The notes under the pieces: generated by a model
What the model was told of the DNA's origin: nothing
Database searches by the model: none
What the model saw: only the letters and a program-made list of their open reading frames with translations
Translations under genes and position numbers: made by a program
Part shown: positions 26,118 through 33,358 of the stretch, in pieces
Numbering within the stretch: the stretch's first letter is position 1
Layout of the letters: the number at the start of each line of letters is the position of its first letter
Virus record (IMG/VR): IMGVR_UViG_3300023197_000048
Span: 1 to 33,358 of that record
Reading direction: 5' to 3' (one strand)
Source: a virus
Lineage: Duplodnaviria; Caudoviricetes
DNA length: 33,358 nucleotides

Positions 26118-27654
26118 CCCCACCGAGGACCTACCAGAGGAGCCAGAGGACCAGTTAGATGACCAGACTCTGGCAGGCATCTATAAGAGCACCTATCAGC
26201 ATCTGCCCAGCTTCATAGACCTGATATTTTGTGACTCATTTGAGGACTTTACCAGGGGTGAGTGGATCTTAACCAGAGCTAAGTTTATGCAGGGCAGCCA
26301 GAAAACCTGCCACATAGGACCCAGAAACCACTTTAAGAGCACAGGCATCTATGCCCACTGGCTATGGAAAATCTGGCAGGCACGGTTTAATGCCTCAGAC
26401 CAGTACACCTGGGCAGATGGACCAGCCACCCTGGAGGCTCATTATTTCAGCTATAAGGAAAAATCAGCAGCCTACCATATCGGTCAGGCATCAGATTCAA
26501 TCTGTGCCCTGATTGAACGTAACCCATGGTTTAGCAGCCTCCAGGACCTAAAACCCCAGGCAGAGACTAAGGGTAAATGGACATGGGATAACCAGCACAC
26601 TCAGAGCATCACCCCACATGGTATGCTGAGCCATGTGAGAGGTATCCATGGAGATATATGTTACATAGATGACCCTTTTCAGGACCCAGACAGTAAGGGG
26701 CAGGAGAGACAGACCCTTAACCCTACCAAAATCCTAAAGATAAACTACATTTTCAAGACTGCTATAAAAGGCATACCTAACCCTGGTGATGAGATGCATA
26801 TAGTCACCACACCCCAGACTGAGGAGGATTTTGTTTTTGATGAGGCACTAATGCAGGAGTTTGAGAAACGTGAGGACCCAGCTATACAGGACCACCAGGG
26901 TGAGCATGTCCTGTGGTCAGAGTGGATGGATTACCAGCACCTCCTCCAGGAAAAGTCAGAGATAGGGCAGAAACTGTTTAACCAGGAGTACATGGTACAA
27001 CCTATGAGCAGAGAGGTGGGCTTTTTCTCAGAGCAGGAGGTGAGCAGCATGGTACAGACAGGTCTACAGGATCTGGATGACCAGTATGGTCTCACTGTGG
27101 ACCCACATCAGGCTGGGCACCCACCTCAGCCTAAGGTGACCCTCGGTTTTGTAGCTGGTCTGGATATAGGCAAAAAGAGGCACCCAGCACATCTGGCTGT
27201 TTTCAGAGTAGTGCCCACCGAGGAGCAGGACCAGAGCAGGCTCATCCAGGTCCATAGCAGATGGATGGATAACTGGGATTATGTGAGGCAGGTGGAGTAC
27301 TGTAAGACTATAGACAGGTATCTGGGTATAGATAAACTGCTCTACGATAACACCAGGGGTGAGTTTGAGAGTATAGAGGAGATGGGCAGGCTACCTGGCT
27401 GGATGAAAGGGGTGACCCTCTCAGGTAAGACTCAGGATAAGATGAGCACATACTTTGATGTGGCAGCTACAGATGACAGGCTCCACTTACTGCCTGAGGA
27501 CAGACAGGAGAGACAGATTTTAGCAGTGAGTAATGACCTGGAGGCAGTGGAGACCGAGGAGGGGCACGGTGAGTCTTTTTACTCAGTGGGTCTCTCAGTC
27601 ATGGCTGAAAACCAAACCCATTTTGGTGACAAAGTTAAGTCACTGGAGACATGA
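26110..27654 (+). CDS. terL: Terminase large subunit
   Basis: Walker A GPRNHFKST, VRGIHGD, Walker B CYIDDP, VTTP, FNQEY and nuclease AGLDIG. Confidence 0.93.
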   Translation: MTDPTEDLPEEPEDQLDDQTLAGIYKSTYQHLPSFIDLIFCDSFEDFTRGEWILTRAKFMQGSQKTCHIGPRNHFKSTGIYAHWLWKIWQARFNASDQYTWADGPATLEAHYFSYKEKSAAYHIGQASDSICALIERNPWFSSLQDLKPQAETKGKWTWDNQHTQSITPHGMLSHVRGIHGDICYIDDPFQDPDSKGQERQTLNPTKILKINYIFKTAIKGIPNPGDEMHIVTTPQTEEDFVFDEALMQEFEKREDPAIQDHQGEHVLWSEWMDYQHLLQEKSEIGQKLFNQEYMVQPMSREVGFFSEQEVSSMVQTGLQDLDDQYGLTVDPHQAGHPPQPKVTLGFVAGLDIGKKRHPAHLAVFRVVPTEEQDQSRLIQVHSRWMDNWDYVRQVEYCKTIDRYLGIDKLLYDNTRGEFESIEEMGRLPGWMKGVTLSGKTQDKMSTYFDVAATDDRLHLLPEDRQERQILAVSNDLEAVETEEGHGESFYSVGLSVMAENQTHFGDKVKSLET

Positions 27655-27676
27655 GATAGACTAACCGAGGACCAAC

Positions 27677-30403
27677 ATGCCTAAACTCAGCATCAGAGAC
27701 AGGTTAGCATCCAGTATATGGTCAGGTGATGTGGAGCATTATGACGGCAGTTACCAGGTAGGTAATCTGGCAGGTAGAGTAAACAAACAGACCGAGGAGG
27801 AGAGGGTGGGCAGGGTACCCAGCACACACCTATCACCGTTTAAGGGTGAGCAGAGACCATTTGACCCCTTTGAGCTAAGACAGTTAGCAGACACTGAGGC
27901 AGTACAGTCTGCCATTAACCATATAGTGGCTGATTTTAAGGCAGTGGATGCTATACTGAGTGACCTAAAACCAGACCAGGAGCCTGCCAGTGAGGATGTA
28001 AGGGACCTGACCCAGACCCACCTGGATAACATCACACCGAATAACAAAAGCAGGGCAGTAGTAGATGAGGTGTGGAATAGGGACCTACTGGAGGTGGGTA
28101 ACTGTATAGGCATCAAGACCTTTAACATAGATAACAAAAGGGTGGAGGTAAACCCCTTAGATCCAAACACGTTTACCGTCGAATATGACAGGCATGGTAA
28201 GATAACTGCCTTTTATCATTACCCTCATGTCAGTAATGCCAGGCACCGAGGTAATCCCATAGAGGTGCCTCCAGAGAGAGTCATCTGGGGCACCTACCAG
28301 CCTGAGTCTGCCAGGGGCATGGTCTATGGTCACTCTCCTGTGGAAAAACTGAGGAGGGTCATCAGCATCATAGGTGGTCTGGTGGAGCAGGAGATAGGTG
28401 ACCTGGAGGAGGGTATGCCTCCAGGTATAGTGAGCCTGGTGGGTGACTGGTCAGACAGAGACTATAACAAGTTTGAGGATTATTGGGAAAATAACGTACA
28501 GGGTGAGAGGCATAAGGTGCCTCTGGCTAAGGGTGAGGCAGAGTTTAAGCCCTTTGCCCCATCCTACTCTGACCTACAGCTACTGGATAGGCAGAGGTGG
28601 TATTACAAACTGGTGGGTGCCATTTTCATGCTACCCATCTCTGAAAACGGTTTAGGCATAGGTCAGGAGGTTAACAGAGCCACCGACATAAGCCAGAGAC
28701 AGAGGTATAAGCAGAAAGTCATCAGGTCCATGCTCCAGGAGAGAGAGACAGTATGGACCACCGAGGTAATCCAGCAGGTGCTCAGTGACAGGCTCCAGCT
28801 AAGGTATGACCCAGGTATGGACCTGATGGAAAGGGGTAAGGTAGTGGAGCAGGAGGCTACCCTACTCCAGCAGGGTGTAAAGACCATAAATGAGGTGAGG
28901 AGCAGACTGGGTAAGGAACCTGTAGACTGGGGTGATGTACCTCCTCAGGTGGCTTTTGCTGGAGTAGGTGGCTCTGGTGGAGGCTCATCTGGAGGACCAC
29001 CTGGAGGATCTGGTGGTGGAGGACCAGGACCAGGTGGCACAGGTCCTGAGCCAGACAGAGCTATATTAGAGGAGATGGGCATGACCGAGGACCAGATAGA
29101 GAGACTGATAGATGAGGGTTTTAAGACTGCCAGAGGAGGGTGCCCTAACTGCTCCTCTGGCAAAACCTCAGTGGGTAAACCTTTCGGACCCTGGCAGGAT
29201 TTTGATGACTGCGTGGAGCACTTTGTGGCACAGGGTGATGACAGAGAGACTGCCAGGAGAAAATGCGGGCAGCTACAGCAGGAGTTAAAGCAGGAGGTAG
29301 GTAAAGAGGGTGAGCAGAGCATAGAGGATAACCCTCTCAGAGAGACTGATGAGTGGCAGCAGTTTGATTTTCAGCCTGAGGAGATGAGGGTACTCAAAAA
29401 GGATCTGGGTGACCTATTCGGTAAATTCTTGAACGACATGCAGCAGGCTCTGGAGGAAAACCAGGACCTGTGGCAGGCTGATGAGAGGCAGAGTGAGGCA
29501 GAGAAAAGCCTACCAGACTTTTTTAAGTTGATAGAGCAGGAGATAGGCATAGACCTGGCTCAGGAGATGGGTGAGGTACTGGCTACCCACAAAACCAGAC
29601 AGGTGCTCAAAGGTAAGGATGATATAGAGCAGGAGTTACGACAGGCAGGCATGGATGCTGATGACGTAAACCTGGATGGATTTACAGATGCCATAGCTAA
29701 CAGACTCACTGCCAGGAGCCTGGAGGTGACTAAGCCAGTGAGCCAGAGGCTAAAAGATGACCTACAGGAGACCATACAGGAGGGGTGGCAGGAGGGTAAG
29801 AGCATCACCGAGGTGGAGAGAGATATAGAGGGTGTGACAGACAAATGGCAGGGCACAGATGCTGAGAGGTTAGCCAGAGACCAGTTAGGAAAGGCAGCCA
29901 AAGAGGGTAGGCTGGAGACTGCCAAAGAGACTGCCAGTGATGTAGGTGGATGGGATAAGACATGGTTAGCCACCCTGGATAGTAGGACCAGAGACAGTCA
30001 CGCAGACATGGATGGTACCACTGTAGGTCTAAATGAGCCATGGATAGTAGACTATACGCCAGATGGTGGACCCTCTGGAGTTACCGAGGAGTATCCAGGT
30101 GCCTCCAGGTGGGGCATCCAGTGCAGGTGTGATTATGAGCTAACACCTAAGGGTGTGGCTCAGTCAGTCAGAGGGTGGGCAGAGGAGATGAGAGAGACCA
30201 GTGAGGTGGCTAAAAGCATAGAGAAAGACCTACCAGAGGGTCAGACCCTCGGTGATAGGCTCTTAGCCCTGGAGTTAAGAGTGGAGAGGAGAGACCTATC
30301 CCGTAACCAGGCACGGAAAGAGTTAGGGGTGGGGTCTAAAGCCACCTACTATAACTGGATAAAGCAGGCTGGTCTCTATGATGAGGGTGGTAGTACTCTA
30401 TGA
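27677..30403 (+). CDS. Portal protein fused to a MuF/SPP1 gp7 domain and a C-terminal HTH
   Basis: YGHSPVE and GVKTINEVRSRLGKEPV (portal); KTWLATLDSRTRDSH..MDG and QCRC (MuF); RNQARKELGVGSKATYYNW (HTH). Confidence 0.9.
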   Translation: MPKLSIRDRLASSIWSGDVEHYDGSYQVGNLAGRVNKQTEEERVGRVPSTHLSPFKGEQRPFDPFELRQLADTEAVQSAINHIVADFKAVDAILSDLKPDQEPASEDVRDLTQTHLDNITPNNKSRAVVDEVWNRDLLEVGNCIGIKTFNIDNKRVEVNPLDPNTFTVEYDRHGKITAFYHYPHVSNARHRGNPIEVPPERVIWGTYQPESARGMVYGHSPVEKLRRVISIIGGLVEQEIGDLEEGMPPGIVSLVGDWSDRDYNKFEDYWENNVQGERHKVPLAKGEAEFKPFAPSYSDLQLLDRQRWYYKLVGAIFMLPISENGLGIGQEVNRATDISQRQRYKQKVIRSMLQERETVWTTEVIQQVLSDRLQLRYDPGMDLMERGKVVEQEATLLQQGVKTINEVRSRLGKEPVDWGDVPPQVAFAGVGGSGGGSSGGPPGGSGGGGPGPGGTGPEPDRAILEEMGMTEDQIERLIDEGFKTARGGCPNCSSGKTSVGKPFGPWQDFDDCVEHFVAQGDDRETARRKCGQLQQELKQEVGKEGEQSIEDNPLRETDEWQQFDFQPEEMRVLKKDLGDLFGKFLNDMQQALEENQDLWQADERQSEAEKSLPDFFKLIEQEIGIDLAQEMGEVLATHKTRQVLKGKDDIEQELRQAGMDADDVNLDGFTDAIANRLTARSLEVTKPVSQRLKDDLQETIQEGWQEGKSITEVERDIEGVTDKWQGTDAERLARDQLGKAAKEGRLETAKETASDVGGWDKTWLATLDSRTRDSHADMDGTTVGLNEPWIVDYTPDGGPSGVTEEYPGASRWGIQCRCDYELTPKGVAQSVRGWAEEMRETSEVAKSIEKDLPEGQTLGDRLLALELRVERRDLSRNQARKELGVGSKATYYNWIKQAGLYDEGGSTL

Positions 30404-30702
30404 AGTGCAGAGACCTATTACCTAAAGGTGGTGATAGTGAGGTACATGAGGCATGGGCAGAGCTATTTAGCAGAGAGGTGTTAGGGGCAGTGGTAACAGG
30501 CACCAGTGCTGGTAAACTGGTAGAGTGGTGCCTAACCCTGGTCTCCACTCTCCTCGGTGTGTCATCTAACAACCTGGCTGCTGTACTGGTCCATATACTA
30601 CTCTGGAGCCTCACCATCTGGGCAGGTGTGTGGATCTTTGTCTACTGGCACAGGATTACTGAGGCTGCTCAGCAGGCAGCAGAGGGGGCAGTCAGTGATT
30701 AG
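30400..30702 (+). CDS. Small multi-pass membrane protein (holin-like candidate)
   Basis: Two to three hydrophobic segments; ATGA overlap with the portal gene. Confidence 0.6.
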   Translation: MKCRDLLPKGGDSEVHEAWAELFSREVLGAVVTGTSAGKLVEWCLTLVSTLLGVSSNNLAAVLVHILLWSLTIWAGVWIFVYWHRITEAAQQAAEGAVSD

Positions 30703-30720
30703 GTTAGGGGTAAGAGAAAG

Positions 30721-31051
30721 GGTGGATATTGTGCCCCTCCACCAGGGGTAGGGTATAGTATTTTCCCCCTATACCAGGGGTGCGCGACTGACGGAACAGG
30801 TCACATCATCTCACTCACCATTAGGTGAGGGGTCTCACGCAGACAGGTTACGTAAGTCCCTGTCTACCAGTGTGGTATTACATCACATGCCACTTAGTTT
30901 TTACTCTGCCTCAGTGTCATCTCTCTGTCTGACATAGATTTATAACCGAGGAGGTAGTAGCTGAGTCTACAGGCTGAGAGATGCCTGACCCTTTCCACAC
31001 CACCTCTAAACCTACCTCCATGGGTGGTGTACTCTTTGCTGCTGAGGCAGA
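30721..31051. ncRNA. Candidate structured non-coding element
   Basis: At least five local hairpins and two long-range complementary pairs in a gene-free gap; strand unresolved. Confidence 0.4.
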
Positions 31052-31077
31052 TAAAAGGTTATAGGCACCCAGAGTAT

Positions 31078-31668
31078 ATGATGACCATGGTAGAGGCAGG
31101 ACTTACAGAGGCAGTAGTAACAGACCAGGGTAGAGTGACAGGTGCCAGGTTTGAGATATACCAGCCTGCTGGTCCAATATCAGCAGAGGAGGGTAGAGAG
31201 TTTGGTGGAGAGCTTAAACTGGAGGTGGTAAATGAAGATGGTGAGCTACTTAACCAGGGGTCTGAGCCTGGGGAAAATGTCACCATCACCCCAGGTGGTC
31301 TACCCACAGTGGTAGACTTTAACATGGCAGATGATAATGTGACCTTTCCCCTCGGTGCCAAAGGGAATACAGCCAGGCTGGTCCTAAATGCTGGTCCGAG
31401 GGTGCTGGTAGAGGGTCTGACTCTGGATGACTTCATAAACGTAAACATCAGAGGAGACCCTGAGAGTAGGCAGAAACTGTCAGAGGATAGGGTGAGGGAT
31501 ATAGCCAGGCAGGTAGTACAGTCTGAGTTAGATGACAGAGCGGTGGGTAACCGAGGAGGGGGCACTGGAGGTGGAGCCAGTGGATCTGGCTCTGGTGGCT
31601 CTGGGCAGCAGAGGAGCAGGGCACCAGATGCAGGTAATCCGTTCCTCAGGTTCCTGCCATGGACCTGA
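31078..31668 (+). CDS. Hypothetical beta-rich protein with a Gly-rich tail
   Basis: MMTMVEAG... start preferred; C-terminal NPFLRFLPW. Confidence 0.65.
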   Translation: MMTMVEAGLTEAVVTDQGRVTGARFEIYQPAGPISAEEGREFGGELKLEVVNEDGELLNQGSEPGENVTITPGGLPTVVDFNMADDNVTFPLGAKGNTARLVLNAGPRVLVEGLTLDDFINVNIRGDPESRQKLSEDRVRDIARQVVQSELDDRAVGNRGGGTGGGASGSGSGGSGQQRSRAPDAGNPFLRFLPWT

Positions 31669-31717
31669 GCAGCTAAGCAGCTAAGCCTGACTGTACGGTA
31701 CTGTACTGTCAGATAAA

Positions 31718-31728
31718 CTTTTTATATA
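31718..31728 (+). promoter_or_regulatory. TATA box for the head operon (probably leaderless)
   Basis: TTTTTATATA about 25 nt before GTG 31753. Confidence 0.65.
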
Positions 31729-31752
31729 CCCACCCATACTACTCAGTAGACA

Positions 31753-32157
31753 GTGCCTGAGCAAATCCAGAAAACAGTGGAGATACTAAAGGTGGATGAG
31801 GAGAGACAGGTAGTGACAGGACCTGTCTTAGTGCCTGGTGAGGAGGACAGGCACGGTGATGTAGTGAGCAGAGAGAACATAGAGGATGTGGCTTACAAAT
31901 TCATGGAGGAGTACCAAAATATAGACTTGATGCACACCTTTGAGGAGACAGGGGTGCCTGTAGGCAGTTTTGTCACGCCCAGTGAGATGGAGATGGGTGG
32001 AGAAACTGTTAAAGCAGGCTCCTGGCTCATCAGCGTCAGGGTGACAGATGAGGAGACCTGGCAGGGTATCAAGTCTGGTGAGTATACAGGCTTTAGCATC
32101 TATGGTAAAGGTACCAGAGAGACCATAGGTGAGGATGAGGTGGAGCAGTATGCCTGA
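31753..32157 (+). CDS. XkdF-like prohead serine protease (catalytic part)
   Basis: VVTGPVLVP..DRHGD, IDLMH, GSWL and WQGIKSGEYTGFSIYG. Confidence 0.88.
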   Translation: MPEQIQKTVEILKVDEERQVVTGPVLVPGEEDRHGDVVSRENIEDVAYKFMEEYQNIDLMHTFEETGVPVGSFVTPSEMEMGGETVKAGSWLISVRVTDEETWQGIKSGEYTGFSIYGKGTRETIGEDEVEQYA

Positions 32158-33100
32158 CCTACTCACCCTGGATTTTGTTAGCCATGTCTCTATAGTGGAT
32201 GAGCCTGCTGTACCAGATGCTGAGGTGCTGGTAGCCAAAAGAGCAGAGGGGGCAGCAAAACAGCGTCTGGATGTTAACCAAAACCAGCTTATCAGTGTGT
32301 TTACTGATACTGTGCAGAGCCTGGCTGAGGCAGATAATAGCAGGACCCAGAGCCAGGTAAGAGCAGACTTAATCCAGGAATTAGCTGAGGAGGCTGATAG
32401 GTCCGAATCCACAATAAGGAACATACTAAGTGGTGATATTAGCACTGTACCAGAGGAGGTAGCAGATGCCCTGGTCACGGTGCTGGAGGTAGACCCAGAA
32501 GATATAGGTGAGGAGCAGGAGGGGACCGAGGATGAGGAGGCAGAGGCATCTAAACAGGCTGGTGACCTATACACCACCCTAAGAAAAAGCATGTCAGATG
32601 ACACAGATCCAGAGGCATTAGTAGAGTCTATGAAAGAGGCAGCAGAGCAGATGGAGGATGCTGCTGAGCAGATGGAGGAGGCAGCAGAGGCACAGACAGA
32701 GACCACCGAGGAGGGTGGAGACACAGGAGGCAGTGAGCAGGAGGGACAGGGTGGAGGCTCTGACACAGATGAGCAGAGCATCCGTGAGGAGATACAGGAG
32801 CTAAACGACAGGATAAACCAGGAGTTTAGCACCGAGGAGGAGACCGAGGGTGAGGAGACCGAGGAGGAACCTGACCCCACCGAGGTAGAGGTAGATCCTG
32901 AGGCAGATACCGAGGAGCAGGTAGCACAGATGGGTAAGAAGGTAGAGGCAGCTATAAAGGCTGCTGGGCAGGAGGGTAGAGTAGGCTCCAGGACCAGTGC
33001 GGGTGATGGAGACACAGAGAAAAGCCAGGGTGAGGGTCTGAGTTTCCGTAATGCTGTAGAGAAACACAGAGGCAGCCAGTCTGAGGAGGGTGAGGCATAA
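32150..33100 (+). CDS. Capsid scaffold protein with an N-terminal protease-type VSIVDEPA motif and an HTH
   Basis: ATG 32150 after SD GAGGTGG; HVSIVDEPAVPDA; IQELAEEADRSESTIRNILSG; long acidic coiled coil; abuts the MCP. Confidence 0.75.
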   Translation: MPDLLTLDFVSHVSIVDEPAVPDAEVLVAKRAEGAAKQRLDVNQNQLISVFTDTVQSLAEADNSRTQSQVRADLIQELAEEADRSESTIRNILSGDISTVPEEVADALVTVLEVDPEDIGEEQEGTEDEEAEASKQAGDLYTTLRKSMSDDTDPEALVESMKEAAEQMEDAAEQMEEAAEAQTETTEEGGDTGGSEQEGQGGGSDTDEQSIREEIQELNDRINQEFSTEEETEGEETEEEPDPTEVEVDPEADTEEQVAQMGKKVEAAIKAAGQEGRVGSRTSAGDGDTEKSQGEGLSFRNAVEKHRGSQSEEGEA

Positions 33101-33358
33101 TGGCTGGTGCCACACTGGTCTCTAAGAGTGACACTGTGGACGAAGATAGGGTCTATAAGGGCAGTTTCCGTGATTTGCCTGATGAGACCATTTACTCTGA
33201 CCTATTCGGTCTGGCTACAGGTACGCCTTTCGACGAAAGGGCAGCACTGGAGAAAGAGCTACAGCCTATCTATGAAGCCATACAGGAAAGGACAGAGGAT
33301 GGTGAGACTTTCCGTGAGGCATCTACAGAGGTAGGTAAGGCATATCTCGGTACCAGTG
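33018..33358 (+). repeat. Terminal direct repeat, right copy
   Basis: Matches 1..341 at an offset of 33,017. Confidence 0.97.
33100..33358 (+). CDS. Major capsid protein N-terminus (partial, variant copy in the terminal repeat)
   Basis: MAGATLVSKSDTVDEDRV... versus MTGATLVSKSDTVNESRV... at 83. Confidence 0.9.
   Translation, partial: MAGATLVSKSDTVDEDRVYKGSFRDLPDETIYSDLFGLATGTPFDERAALEKELQPIYEAIQERTEDGETFREASTEVGKAYLGTS

Larger units (their letters stand above)
1..33358. mobile_element. Complete, circularly permuted genome of a haloarchaeal tailed virus (siphovirus-like Caudoviricetes)
   Basis: Full head-neck-tail gene order with no tail sheath; D/E-rich proteins throughout; the ends overlap by 341 bp; archaeal TATA-type promoters. 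Confidence 0.92.

Noticed and set aside
30775-30900. tRNA gene
   Set aside because: No T-loop (GTTCRA) or cloverleaf geometry on either strand.
31828-33015. 395-aa minus-strand ORF and many similar Ser-rich antisense ORFs (e.g. 640..1101, 5647..6192, 8079..12401, 16568..17173 plus)
   Set aside because: These are shadows of GAG/GAT-rich real genes on the opposite strand; they are Ser/Leu/Pro-rich and have no motifs.

Overview
This window is an apparently complete, circularly permuted genome (unit length 33,017 bp) of a tailed, siphovirus-like haloarchaeal virus. It is bounded by an imperfect 341-bp terminal overlap (1..341 = 33018..33358, 14 mismatches). The proteome is very acidic and the promoters are archaeal TATA-type. 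The late module runs TerS, TerL, portal-MuF fusion, XkdF-type protease, scaffold, HK97-type capsid, neck, tail tube, tail chaperone with a +1 frameshift, tape measure protein, an 1804-aa hub/adhesin with 8 CARDB/Ig-like repeats, and a membrane protein. The accessory region (13.7-25.1 kb) encodes HNH-HTH, wHTH and RHH proteins, many CxxC zinc-finger microproteins, an ASCH-like protein, a PD-(D/E)XK nuclease and a PAPS-reductase/DndC-like PP-loop enzyme. I recognise no integrase, polymerase, helicase, methyltransferase, tRNA or CRISPR array. The most notable features are: (i) a genome-wide purge of CG, GAA/TTC and CAA/TTG with a few conspicuous survivors; (ii) a prohead protease whose last conserved motif sits at the start of the separately translated scaffold gene; (iii) a hairpin-rich intergenic element with covarying tandem stems; and (iv) several shared operator or leader motifs. 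All calls come from reading motifs and synteny by eye; no database searches were run.
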